NCBI GenBank assembly: GCA_913063045.1
Contig: CAJXYM010000005.1
Location: 25,248-89,247, forward strand
Source of the DNA: an uncultured Flavobacteriales bacterium
GTDB taxonomy: Bacteria > Bacteroidota > Bacteroidia > Flavobacteriales > BACL11
Length of the DNA stretch: 64,000 bases
Direction: 5' to 3'
Shown piece after piece: positions 37,402 through 47,373 of the stretch. A program made the translations under genes and the position numbers. The notes below the pieces were generated by a model. That model worked only from the letters and a program-made list of their open reading frames with translations. It was not told where the DNA came from and did no database searches. Positions within the stretch are counted from its first letter, which is position 1; each line of letters begins with the position of its first letter.

Positions 37402-39171
37402 ATGAAAATCATAAAAATTATTCTACTAATTTTTCCAATTTTAGTTAGTGGGCAAAGCATATACAATCCTCAGCTTCTTTATGATTCCCCTAATGGGCTT
37501 TATGATAAAGACTCTATTAGAAGTTTATATGTAGATTTTGAAGATGCCAACTATCACAATATTTTAAAAAACTCTTTTTTCACAAACCCTTCATATCGAA
37601 TCCCCGCAACAATTACGCTAAATGGAATTACATACGATAGTGCTGGAGTAAGATATAAGGGGAATTCTACTTTCTGTATTCCCAATGATAATGGAGTGCC
37701 CAAAGTCCCATACAACATAGACATGAACTATTGGGTTTCGGGACAAAAACTATTAGATTATAAAAAAATAAAGCTTGCTAACGCATGGATGGACGCTACT
37801 TTTGCAAAAGAATATATTGCCTCTAAAACATATAAAAAATACCTTCCAACCATTGAAGTTAATTTAACCAAGTTGCATGTTCAGGGCAGTTATCTTGGGA
37901 TGTATGTCAACACAGAATCTATTAATAAGCAGTTCTTAAAGAAACATTTTAATGAAAACTCAGGAGCTCTTTTTAAATGCGACGGAAGTGGCATGTTTTG
38001 TGATACCGCAGGAACTCCTCAAGGAGGGGAGCCTAGCTTAAATTGGTACGGAACAGCTGATAGTACTAGCTATTATAGTAGCTATAATTTAAAGTCTGAA
38101 AACGGATGGGAAGATTTAATAGACTTAATCTATACACTAAACTTTAACCCTAATCAATTAGATAGCGTATTAAACATTGACCGAGTTCTTTGGGCTTTTG
38201 CGGTCAATACTGTTTTAGGAAATTATGATTCTTACAATGGGTATTATGTACATAATTATTATTTATATAAATCAGAAGATGGCTTGTTTCAAATGTTACC
38301 TTGGGACTTAAGCCAAAGCTTTATAAACGCTCTTCTTGGATGGGATTACTTTACTGCTCCAGGACCAACCCACCCACAACAATTCGATCCTTATTACGGA
38401 GAAGATCCTAATCTTAATAGACCTTTAACGTATATACTTTTTAATAATGAAAATTACAGAAAACAATATACTGCGCATTTAAGAACAGTCATTAATGAAT
38501 TGGATACAAATAGCATAAGGAATGAGGTTAACATAATGCAAAATCTTGCTTTATCTGGTGTAGTGGGTGATCAACATAAGCTTTTTTCAACTGCAGATTT
38601 TTTGTCAAATACAGAAAATGATCTTTCATTTAATGGTTGGGGTGGTTATGGTTTTGGTGGAATTATGTCTACACTAAGAAATAGGATTCCCTACTTAATA
38701 TCACATCCTGAAATTGCACAAACGCCTCCTGAACTATACAATGTTAATGTCTCTTCAAATATTGTTACAGTGGAGGTGTTAAACGAAAGCTTTGTAGAGC
38801 TAATGGCCACAACAAGCGATTATAACTCTAAATTTCAATCATTTTCAATGAGTGATGATGGCACAAATGGTGATGCAATTGCTAATGATGGTGTTTACTC
38901 TTGTGTTATGCCTTTTAATAGTGGAGCAGAAGTCAAATTTTATATTAAAGCAAGAAATGGTCAGGCCATGATTTTGAGTCCTGAGAGAGCAGAGTATGAG
39001 TTTTACACCTATTCAACTATTTCTAATCTTTTAGAGCTACCAAATACATCAAATAAGAGGTTGGTCAAAATAACAGATATTCTTGGAAGACCTGCTGGAA
39101 AAGTTTATAATCAGCCGCTTATATATATCTACAGTGACGGTAGTACAGAGAAAAAAATCATCAGTAAATAA
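37402..39171 (+). CDS. Secreted CotH-kinase-family protein with a short T9SS type A-like C-terminal domain
   Basis: Signal peptide. CotH core (VRYKGNSTF, HVQGSYLGMYVNTESI, HNYYLYKSEDGLFQMLPWDLSQSF). C-terminus KRLVKITDILGRPAGKVYNQPLIYIYSDGSTEKKIISK. Confidence 0.8.
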   Translation: MKIIKIILLIFPILVSGQSIYNPQLLYDSPNGLYDKDSIRSLYVDFEDANYHNILKNSFFTNPSYRIPATITLNGITYDSAGVRYKGNSTFCIPNDNGVPKVPYNIDMNYWVSGQKLLDYKKIKLANAWMDATFAKEYIASKTYKKYLPTIEVNLTKLHVQGSYLGMYVNTESINKQFLKKHFNENSGALFKCDGSGMFCDTAGTPQGGEPSLNWYGTADSTSYYSSYNLKSENGWEDLIDLIYTLNFNPNQLDSVLNIDRVLWAFAVNTVLGNYDSYNGYYVHNYYLYKSEDGLFQMLPWDLSQSFINALLGWDYFTAPGPTHPQQFDPYYGEDPNLNRPLTYILFNNENYRKQYTAHLRTVINELDTNSIRNEVNIMQNLALSGVVGDQHKLFSTADFLSNTENDLSFNGWGGYGFGGIMSTLRNRIPYLISHPEIAQTPPELYNVNVSSNIVTVEVLNESFVELMATTSDYNSKFQSFSMSDDGTNGDAIANDGVYSCVMPFNSGAEVKFYIKARNGQAMILSPERAEYEFYTYSTISNLLELPNTSNKRLVKITDILGRPAGKVYNQPLIYIYSDGSTEKKIISK

Positions 39172-39208
39172 TTCATTTTTATTGATTGCTTATCTTAAAT
39201 GCAAAACT

Positions 39209-39216
39209 TATATTTG
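39209..39216 (+). promoter_or_regulatory. -7 promoter box (TATATTTG)
   Basis: Ends 21 nt upstream of ATG 39238. Confidence 0.4.
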
Positions 39217-39237
39217 CAGGCTACATCATAAAATATA

Positions 39238-42200
39238 ATGGGTTATTTCAAAGAATATAAAGGTTTAAACCTTGCAGACATTCATAAAGAAGAATTAGAA
39301 AGCTGGAAGTCAAATGATGTTTTTAAAAAAAGCATTACATCTAGAAATGAAGGTCCAAGCTTCACTTTTTATGAGGGTCCTCCATCTGCTAATGGTATGC
39401 CTGGAATTCACCATGTTATTGCCAGAACAATTAAGGATTTGTTTTGTCGCTATAAAACCTTACAAGGATTTAAAGTAGCTAGAAAAGCTGGATGGGATAC
39501 CCATGGTCTTCCTGTTGAGCTGGGAGTAGAAAAAGAATTGAATATTACAAAAGAAGATATTGGTTCTAAAATCTCTATTGAAGATTATAATAAAGCTTGC
39601 CGAACTAACGTGATGAAATACCAAAGTTTATGGGAAGATATAACATCTAAAATGGGCTACTGGGTAGACATGAATTCCCCATATGTAACCTATGATAATA
39701 AATATATTGAAAGTGTTTGGTGGCTTTTAAAAGAACTACATAAAAAAAACCTCTTATATAAAGGTTTTACTGTACAACCATTTTCACCCAAAGCAGGAAC
39801 AGGCCTGAGTACTCATGAGCTAAATCAGCCAGGATGTTATAAAAATGTTAAAGACACATCTGCAGTTGCGCAATTTAAAATCATCTCTAATGAGCTAAGT
39901 GCTTCTCTTTTTTCAAAAACATCTAATGAACTTTTTTTTATAGCATGGACCACAACACCATGGACCTTGCCCTCAAATACAGCTCTTGCTGTAGGTAAGA
40001 ATATTACATATACATTAATAGAAACTATAAATCAGTACACAGGAAAAAAATCAGCTGTTATTCTTGCTAAAGATCTAGTAAATAAATATTTTAAAACAGA
40101 AAATATAGACAAAGATTTTAAAGATTATGAGGTTGGAAGTAAAGATTTACCGTACAAAATCATTGAAGATTTTAAAGGAAAAGATCTTGAAGGCTTGAAA
40201 TATGAACAGCTTTTAAAGTATGCCAAACCAGAAGATGGCGATGCTTTTAAAGTTATTCTTGCTGATTTTGTTACCACTGAAGACGGTACGGGTATTGTTC
40301 ATTTAGCTCCAAGTTTTGGTGCTGATGACAACCGTGTTGCAAAACAAAACAATATTGGCAGCTTAACTCTTGTAAATGAACAAGGGAAATTTGTTGATTC
40401 TGTTAAAGACTTTGCGGGACAGTACGTAAAAGAAGAGTTTTATAACGATAACGATACAAAGCCCAAACTTCCTGTCGATGTTCAAATCGTAATTAAATTA
40501 AAAGAAGAAAACAAGCTTTTTAAGTCTGAAAAATACGAGCATTCTTATCCACATTGTTGGAGAACAGATAAGCCTATATTGTATTATCCAATGGATAGCT
40601 GGTTTGTAAAGACCACCGACTACAAAGACAGAATGATTGAGCTTAATAAATCAATAAACTGGAAACCAAAATCAACTGGAGAGGGCAGGTTTGGTAACTG
40701 GCTGGAAAATCTTGTAGACTGGAATCTTTCAAGGTCTAGGTTTTGGGGAATACCTATTCCTATTTGGAGAACTCTAGATGGAGAGGAAGAAATATGCATT
40801 GGATCTGTTGAAGAGCTAAAGAACGAAATCTCTAAATCTATCCAGGCCGGTTTTATGAGCCATAGTCCTCTTGAAAATTTCATTCCAAATGATTTCTCAA
40901 AGGAAAACTACAACTCTTTTGATCTTCATAGACCTTATGTTGATGATATTAAATTAGTCTCTAATTCTGGCAAAATAATGACCAGAGAGTTAGACTTAAT
41001 AGATGTGTGGTTTGACTCAGGCGCAATGCCATACGCTCAACTACACTACCCTTTTGAAAACAAAGATATTCTAAAAGATAATTTCCCCGCAGATTTTATT
41101 GCTGAGGGTGTTGATCAAACTAGAGGCTGGTTCTTTACTCTACACGCAATCTCAACTTTAGTTTTTGATTCTGTTGCCTATAAATCTGTAGTTTCTAATG
41201 GATTAGTACTAGATAAAAATGGCAATAAAATGTCTAAAAGACTAGGAAATGCTGTAGACCCATTTAATATCATAAATAAATATGGTGCTGATGCAACAAG
41301 ATGGTATATGATCTCTAATGCTCAGCCTTGGGATAACCTAAAGTTTGATGAAGGGGGTATTCAAGAGGTACAAAGGAAATTCTTTGGCACTCTTTATAAC
41401 ACATATTCTTTTTTCGCGCTATACGCCAATATTGACATGTTTAATGAAGAGATTTCATTAAATGAATCAATCCAAAATAGAGAAGAAATTGATCAATGGA
41501 TAATCTCTGAACTACATACTCTAATAAGAGAGGTTGAAATTGGTTATGAAAGCTATGAACCCACAAAAGTGGCTAGGTTGATTCAGGATTTTGTAATAAA
41601 TAAATTTAGCAATTGGCATATTCGACTAAGCAGAAGAAGATTTTGGAAAGGAGAATTTAATGAGGATAAAAAAAACGCATATAGAACAGTTTATGAATGT
41701 CTTAATACAATTGCTATAATCTCATGTCCAATAGCCCCATTTTATATGGACAGATTATATAATGACATTAATAATAGCTCCAAATCTGTGCACTTAGCTA
41801 ATTTCCCTAAAGCAAATAGCAGCTTTATAAATAAAAAATTGGAGTTCAGAATGTCAATGGCACAGAAAATAACGTCTAATATTTTAGCTTTAAGAAAGAA
41901 AGAAAAAATTAGAGTAAGACAGCCTTTAGAGAAGTTTCTTATTTCAACTAATATTCCTGATTTAAAGCAAAGTATACTTGCTGTTAAAAAAATCATACTC
42001 TCTGAAACAAATGTTAAAACAATAGATTTTATTGATTCTGACTCTAACATTTTAACAAAAAATGTTCGCCCTAATTTTAAAGTTTTAGGACCTAAATATG
42101 GTGAAAAAATTAATGATGTTATTAAAAGTATTAATTTAATGTCTGCAGCAGATATTCAAAAATTAGAAAAAGATACTAGTATCTCTTTAAATCAGAATTT

Positions 42201-42573
42201 AACTATATCTCTAGAGGATGTAGAAATATTTTCAAAAGATATTAGCGGGTACTCTGTAAGCAGCGGGGAGAACTACACCGTGGCTCTTGATGTAACCATA
42301 TCAGATCAGCTTAAAGAAGAAGGGTTGGCAAGAGAGTTTATTAACCGAATTCAAAGGTTGAGAAAAGATTTAAACTTTGATGTTACTGATAGAATTTCTA
42401 TAGAAGTTGAAAAAAACAATATTCTTGAGCAGGCTATTAAAAATAATTTGACATATATTTGTAATGAAACACTAACTAAAAATTTAGACTTCACATCAAT
42501 AAAAAACAAAGAATTTGTTAGCATTGATCTAGTTGAAGAAATTACTTGTAATGTTATAATAAAGAAACATTAG
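39238..42573 (+). CDS. ileS: Isoleucine--tRNA ligase (long type 2 form)
   Basis: PPSANGMPGIHHV (HIGH region), KMSKRLGN (KMSKS) and an editing-domain insertion. 1111 aa. Confidence 0.95.
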   Translation: MGYFKEYKGLNLADIHKEELESWKSNDVFKKSITSRNEGPSFTFYEGPPSANGMPGIHHVIARTIKDLFCRYKTLQGFKVARKAGWDTHGLPVELGVEKELNITKEDIGSKISIEDYNKACRTNVMKYQSLWEDITSKMGYWVDMNSPYVTYDNKYIESVWWLLKELHKKNLLYKGFTVQPFSPKAGTGLSTHELNQPGCYKNVKDTSAVAQFKIISNELSASLFSKTSNELFFIAWTTTPWTLPSNTALAVGKNITYTLIETINQYTGKKSAVILAKDLVNKYFKTENIDKDFKDYEVGSKDLPYKIIEDFKGKDLEGLKYEQLLKYAKPEDGDAFKVILADFVTTEDGTGIVHLAPSFGADDNRVAKQNNIGSLTLVNEQGKFVDSVKDFAGQYVKEEFYNDNDTKPKLPVDVQIVIKLKEENKLFKSEKYEHSYPHCWRTDKPILYYPMDSWFVKTTDYKDRMIELNKSINWKPKSTGEGRFGNWLENLVDWNLSRSRFWGIPIPIWRTLDGEEEICIGSVEELKNEISKSIQAGFMSHSPLENFIPNDFSKENYNSFDLHRPYVDDIKLVSNSGKIMTRELDLIDVWFDSGAMPYAQLHYPFENKDILKDNFPADFIAEGVDQTRGWFFTLHAISTLVFDSVAYKSVVSNGLVLDKNGNKMSKRLGNAVDPFNIINKYGADATRWYMISNAQPWDNLKFDEGGIQEVQRKFFGTLYNTYSFFALYANIDMFNEEISLNESIQNREEIDQWIISELHTLIREVEIGYESYEPTKVARLIQDFVINKFSNWHIRLSRRRFWKGEFNEDKKNAYRTVYECLNTIAIISCPIAPFYMDRLYNDINNSSKSVHLANFPKANSSFINKKLEFRMSMAQKITSNILALRKKEKIRVRQPLEKFLISTNIPDLKQSILAVKKIILSETNVKTIDFIDSDSNILTKNVRPNFKVLGPKYGEKINDVIKSINLMSAADIQKLEKDTSISLNQNLTISLEDVEIFSKDISGYSVSSGENYTVALDVTISDQLKEEGLAREFINRIQRLRKDLNFDVTDRISIEVEKNNILEQAIKNNLTYICNETLTKNLDFTSIKNKEFVSIDLVEEITCNVIIKKH

Positions 42574-42576
42574 AAT

Positions 42577-42954
42577 ATGGCAGAAAAAACAACATATACG
42601 AAAAGTGAACTTAAAGAATTCCAAAAAATTATTTTATCTAAAATACAAAGTGCTGAAGATGATTTAAGCGTTTTAAGAGCTTCGTGCGCAAACGATTCAG
42701 ATAATGGAACAGAAGACACTTCACCAACATTTAAAGCTTTTGAAGAAGGCTCTTCAACACTTTCTAAAGAAGAGAATACAAAACTAGCTGAAAGACAGGC
42801 TAAATTTATAATAAGTTTAAAGAATGCTCTTATTAGAATTGAAAATAACTCTTACGGAGTCTGCAGAATAACTGGTAAATTAATCTCTAAAGACAGGCTT
42901 AAGCTAGTTCCTCACGCTACATTAAGTATTGATGCTAAAAAGCATCAGCAATAA
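42577..42954 (+). CDS. DksA/TraR-family protein with a degenerate zinc finger
   Basis: 125 aa with a coiled-coil N-terminal part and C-terminus YGVCRITGKLISKDRLKLVPHATLSIDAKK. It sits in the classical position between ileS and lspA. Confidence 0.7.
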   Translation: MAEKTTYTKSELKEFQKIILSKIQSAEDDLSVLRASCANDSDNGTEDTSPTFKAFEEGSSTLSKEENTKLAERQAKFIISLKNALIRIENNSYGVCRITGKLISKDRLKLVPHATLSIDAKKHQQ

Positions 42955-42957
42955 TCA

Positions 42958-43545
42958 TTGAAAAGAGTAATTAGTACGGCTTTAATTCTTATAATTTTAG
43001 ACCAATGTTTGAAATTTTGGATAAAAACACATATGTTTTTAGGCCAAGAATTTAAAATATTCGAATGGTTTATAATTCACTTTACAGAAAATAATGGCAT
43101 GGCTTTTGGCCTTGAGCTTGGCGGACAAACAGGAAAAATATTATTAACTCTTTTTAGGATAGTAGTAGTAAGTTTTGGAATAGGCTATATTTATAAGTTA
43201 AGTAAAGAAAAGATTCCCTCTGGCGCTCTTACTTCAATAGGGCTTATAGTTGGTGGGGCCATAGGAAATATAATTGACAGCCTATTTTATGGTGTAATAT
43301 TTAACCATAGCTATTCAAATATTGCTAGTTTTTTACCTAAAACAGGTGGTTATTCTAGATTCCTGGAGGGCAAGGTAGTTGATATGTTCTATTTCCCGAT
43401 TGTAAATACACATTTTCCAAGTTGGGTGCCATTCGTTGCAGACCAGCACTTTATATTTTTTAGACCAGTCTTTAATATTGCAGATGCAGGGATATCTGTT
43501 GGAATATTTACGCTAGTTATTTTTTACAGAAAGTTTTTTAAATAA
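42958..43545 (+). CDS. lspA: Lipoprotein signal peptidase II
   Basis: NNGMAFG, VVDMFYFP and FNIADAGISVG motifs. The TTG start lies 3 nt after the previous stop codon. Confidence 0.85.
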   Translation: MKRVISTALILIILDQCLKFWIKTHMFLGQEFKIFEWFIIHFTENNGMAFGLELGGQTGKILLTLFRIVVVSFGIGYIYKLSKEKIPSGALTSIGLIVGGAIGNIIDSLFYGVIFNHSYSNIASFLPKTGGYSRFLEGKVVDMFYFPIVNTHFPSWVPFVADQHFIFFRPVFNIADAGISVGIFTLVIFYRKFFK

Positions 43546-44232
43546 TTTTCTTAAAAACTCATATGAGGCTATAACCTCAGCAAGTATAACAAAACTAAAT
43601 ACTGTGTCTTCAACGGGAATATTTAAAAGTCGATAACCAATAATATGGTCAGGATTGTATAAAACAACAGGATTCTCTGTAAAACTTCCTGTTAATAGGC
43701 CATTCATAACTAAGAAAGGAAGTAAAGAAACAAGATAAGTCCTGAGAAAATTACCCCACCATATAGGCTTGAAATAAAAAGCGATAAAGCAGATTAAAGC
43801 AGCTAAAGAAAAATAAAAACATGTGTATAAATTGTTGTGGTAAATAGTAGCGATTAAAATTAGTACAATACCGAAAAATAATGAGAGTTTAAATATAATC
43901 TTCGAGGGTTTTATGTCTTCAAAAAAGTAATCTAGGACCTCATAAATAAAGACACAAGCGTATGGGGTTACTATAAACCAAAGCCACTCTTCAATGGGGA
44001 GATAAAGTATTTTGATACCTAAAATATAATTTGGATTAAAGCTCCAAACTCCTAAGTTAGTGAATAAAATATCTATTGAGCCATGTACAATTACACACAG
44101 TAATATTGCTGGCAATAAACTCTTCCACTTTTTATAAAATTGCAATTTACTTTCAAAACTTTGCAGCAATGGATAAGCAATTGTTGCAATTAAAATATAA
44201 CAGTAAAAATATTTGCTAGCTAATATTTCCAT
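43513..44232 (-). CDS. Lycopene cyclase domain protein (fused CrtYc/Yd-type)
   Basis: 239 aa, about 7 TM segments, two repeated halves each carrying a PxEE/PxEDxxF-like motif (YLPIEEWLWF and NIPVEDTVFSF). Confidence 0.7.
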   Translation of the reverse strand: MEILASKYFYCYILIATIAYPLLQSFESKLQFYKKWKSLLPAILLCVIVHGSIDILFTNLGVWSFNPNYILGIKILYLPIEEWLWFIVTPYACVFIYEVLDYFFEDIKPSKIIFKLSLFFGIVLILIATIYHNNLYTCFYFSLAALICFIAFYFKPIWWGNFLRTYLVSLLPFLVMNGLLTGSFTENPVVLYNPDHIIGYRLLNIPVEDTVFSFVILAEVIASYEFLRKLFKKLSVKNN

Positions 44233-44890
44233 AATTTAAGTATTGAATGAAAAAGAAAATTAATTGTGAGCCCAAAACTCCAATAGCAATTTTAAAGTTA
44301 ATTTTCTGCTTAGAAAAAACAATAAGCATCTGTGCGATAATTGCACCAAAAAACCATCCAAAGTAATTATGAATAGGTACAGATACATTTTGCCATGACC
44401 AAAAGTCAAGATTAATTGCAATTGGTTCAATAATATAATCAAGAGAAACCATTAAGAGAGAGCTTAATAATATTAACAGAAATTTCTTTTCTGTAAAGAA
44501 AGAGATAATTCCAAAAGATGCAAGAGATAGATTTAGCCAATTTATTCCCATAACCAGTGGCGTATTAAATAGTTTTAATCCCAGTGTTTTTCCATATGAA
44601 TATTCTCCAAAAACAAGCCCTGTATTTACACCCAAAACCTCAATAAAAAAACCGAAAAAAAACACTTGCAAACAAAGAAAAATAAAACTTTTAGAATAGT
44701 TATTGTTTGAATAGAAAAACAAGCAAAAAATAAGTAATAAGTATAACTGAGTAGTTGGTAATATTATTGATGAAAGATCAGTATTGAATACTGGTAGCTG
44801 GATATTCGCACCATAAAGGATACTCAGCCCTCCAACAATACTAAAGAAAAACATTAGAAAAATAACACAATTGATTCTTTTTAAACTCAT
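44216..44890 (-). CDS. Carotenoid biosynthesis membrane protein (DUF422/CruF-like hydratase family)
   Basis: 224 aa polytopic protein (…GVNTGLVFGEYSYG…NWLNL…DFWSW…) lying between crtD-like and cyclase genes. The family call comes from context plus pattern. Confidence 0.55.
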   Translation of the reverse strand: MSLKRINCVIFLMFFFSIVGGLSILYGANIQLPVFNTDLSSIILPTTQLYLLLIFCLFFYSNNNYSKSFIFLCLQVFFFGFFIEVLGVNTGLVFGEYSYGKTLGLKLFNTPLVMGINWLNLSLASFGIISFFTEKKFLLILLSSLLMVSLDYIIEPIAINLDFWSWQNVSVPIHNYFGWFFGAIIAQMLIVFSKQKINFKIAIGVLGSQLIFFFIQYLNYGNIS

Positions 44891-44894
44891 ATTT

Positions 44895-46355
44895 TTAACT
44901 TATTAATTCATCTACTATTTTAGAAGAAGACAGCGCCAAAGGGATACCCCCTCCAGGGTGGACACTCCCGCCACAAAAGTACAAATTTGAGATCCGATTA
45001 GAAAAATTTGGATGTCTAAAAAAAGCTGAAGCTCTAGAGTTAGAAGAACTGCCATATAATGAGCCTCTAAAAGATTGTGTTGTAGATTCTATTAATTGTG
45101 GAGTAAGAAGTTCTTCGCAAGTAATATAATCTTCAATATTTATCTTTAAAACCCTATTAATTTTCTTAATAATATTCTTTCTTGCTTTAGCGATTAAACT
45201 CTCCCAATCTTGTCCTTTATCATTAGGGGTGTTAATCATAACAAACCAGTTTTCACAATTATTAGGCGCGTCTTTTCGCGTCATTTTAGAAGTTATATTA
45301 ATATAAACTGTAGGGTCTTTATATATCTGATTATTTTCTGATATATTCTTAAATTCTTCATTATAATTATTTGAAAAAAATATATTATGAAGGTTAAGAT
45401 TTTCAAAATCCTTATTAATCCCCCAATAAAAAATTAAGGCAGAAGACGATCTTTCTTGAGTTAAAAAACTTTTTAGCACATATCTCTGTGGTAGTAACTT
45501 TTTATAAACAAAATAGATATCCTGATTACATATAATAACATCAAAAAATTTAATTTCTTTATTCACAAACACACCATTGGCGATATTGTTTTCTACTGAA
45601 ATTTTTTCAATTGTTGTTTTAAAATGAAAAATTACTCCCAAATCTTTACATAATTTAAAAAGTGCCGAGGCAATTGAAAACATTCCTTTGTCTGGATAAT
45701 AAGCTCCTTTGTTAAATTCCAAGGCAGATATACTATTTAGGATCGCTGGAGCTTTGAAAGGGTTAGATCCATTATATGTAGCAAAACGATTAAATATTTT
45801 TATAATCTTTTCATTATTAAACCTTCGCTTATTTACGGTATTCATAGATTCAAATATTTGTAAAAAAGGTAGTTTTAAAAATGCTATAAAAACTCTAAAA
45901 GAGAAATATGTTTTAATCTTATGCAAAGACTTTTCTAGAAATAAAAAACTTGTTGAATCAAATAAAAATAAATTTTTATTAATATGTTTTATTATTAATT
46001 TTTCTGAAACTCCTGTTTTTTTATTTACCTCATGAGCAAATTTTTTCGAATCAGTATATCCATTAATAACTGTCCCATCTTCATAAAAATACCTACATCC
46101 TTCTGATAATTTAGAGTAACTAAAGTAGTCTCTAGGGTTTTTATTTGCCAAGTAAAATAGTTCGTCTAACTTTTCAGGCATAGTTAAAAGAGAAGGTCCC
46201 ATGTCGAATCTAAAACCCTTCATGCTCATTTCTTTCATTTTACCGCCATAGCTTTTATTAGACTCATATACATCAACACGATATCCTTTTACAGCCAGTC
46301 TAATAGCTGATGAAAGCCCTCCAATTCCTGCCCCAATAATGGCTGCTTTTTTCAA
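44895..46355 (-). CDS. crtD: Phytoene-desaturase-family enzyme, CrtD-like (1-hydroxycarotenoid 3,4-desaturase)
   Basis: N-terminal FAD fold KKAAIIGAGIGGLSSAIRLA and C-terminal NLYFCGGSVHPGGGIP. 486 aa. Confidence 0.75.
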   Translation of the reverse strand: MKKAAIIGAGIGGLSSAIRLAVKGYRVDVYESNKSYGGKMKEMSMKGFRFDMGPSLLTMPEKLDELFYLANKNPRDYFSYSKLSEGCRYFYEDGTVINGYTDSKKFAHEVNKKTGVSEKLIIKHINKNLFLFDSTSFLFLEKSLHKIKTYFSFRVFIAFLKLPFLQIFESMNTVNKRRFNNEKIIKIFNRFATYNGSNPFKAPAILNSISALEFNKGAYYPDKGMFSIASALFKLCKDLGVIFHFKTTIEKISVENNIANGVFVNKEIKFFDVIICNQDIYFVYKKLLPQRYVLKSFLTQERSSSALIFYWGINKDFENLNLHNIFFSNNYNEEFKNISENNQIYKDPTVYINITSKMTRKDAPNNCENWFVMINTPNDKGQDWESLIAKARKNIIKKINRVLKINIEDYITCEELLTPQLIESTTQSFRGSLYGSSSNSRASAFFRHPNFSNRISNLYFCGGSVHPGGGIPLALSSSKIVDELIS

Positions 46356-46364
46356 AAGTTAATT

Positions 46365-47354
46365 TTATTTTAAAATGTTATTTTCTAACAAGTATTCTGC
46401 TATCTGCACTGTATTTGTAGCAGCACCTTTTCTAAGATTATCTGAAACAATCCATAAATTTAAGGAATTAGCAAGGGAAAAATCTCTTCTAATTCTACCA
46501 ACAAAAACATCATCTGACCCTTTTGAGTAAATCGGCATTGGGTAAACGTTTTTTTCAACATTATCCTTAACAACAATTCCAGGGGAATTAGACAATTCGG
46601 TAAGAATATTATCTATTTCAAAATCCGAGGAAAATGTTAGGTTTACACTTTCACAGTGCCCTCCATCAATTGGAACTCGTACCGCTGTAGCTGTAACATT
46701 TATCTTTTTATCTAAAATCTTGTGAGTTTCATTTACAATTTTCATCTCTTCTTTGGTGTAGCCATTTTCTTGAAAAACATCAATATGTGGCAATGCATTT
46801 CGATATATCGGGTGCGGGTAAACCATTTCTCCCACAACCCCTTGCTCTTCATTAAACAGCTGGTTAATCGCCTTCTCCCCTGATCCTGATGGAGATTGAT
46901 ATGTAGAGACAACAGCTCTTTCAATATTATATTTTTTATGTAGTGGAAACAACACAACCAACAGTTGAATAGTTGAGCAATTTGGGTTAGATATTATCAT
47001 ATCTTTTTTTGTGAGTTCAGAGCCATTTACCTCAGGTATAATAAGCTTGTACCTATCGTCCATTCTCCAGCAAGAAGAATTATCAATAACCTTGCAGCCT
47101 AATTTAGCTAGAATAGGAGCCCACTTTAAAGATATGTTTGAGCCTGCAGAAAACAAAGCTAAGTCAGGTTTTTTTTCTAAAAGACTATCAATTGAGCATA
47201 TTTTATATGATTTGTCAGCAACAATTAATGTGTTACCAACAGATTTTTTAGAAGCAACTAATATCAATTCTGAAAAATTGAATTTTCTTTCAATCAAAAC
47301 CTCGATTATTTGTCGCCCAACTAAGCCTGTAGAACCTATAATTGCTAGCCTCAT
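46365..47354 (-). CDS. asd: Aspartate-semialdehyde dehydrogenase
   Basis: MRLAIIGSTGLVG start and the active-site ISNPNCSTIQL motif. 329 aa. Confidence 0.9.
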   Translation of the reverse strand: MRLAIIGSTGLVGRQIIEVLIERKFNFSELILVASKKSVGNTLIVADKSYKICSIDSLLEKKPDLALFSAGSNISLKWAPILAKLGCKVIDNSSCWRMDDRYKLIIPEVNGSELTKKDMIISNPNCSTIQLLVVLFPLHKKYNIERAVVSTYQSPSGSGEKAINQLFNEEQGVVGEMVYPHPIYRNALPHIDVFQENGYTKEEMKIVNETHKILDKKINVTATAVRVPIDGGHCESVNLTFSSDFEIDNILTELSNSPGIVVKDNVEKNVYPMPIYSKGSDDVFVGRIRRDFSLANSLNLWIVSDNLRKGAATNTVQIAEYLLENNILK

Positions 47355-47373
47355 AATAATATTAATTAGTACT

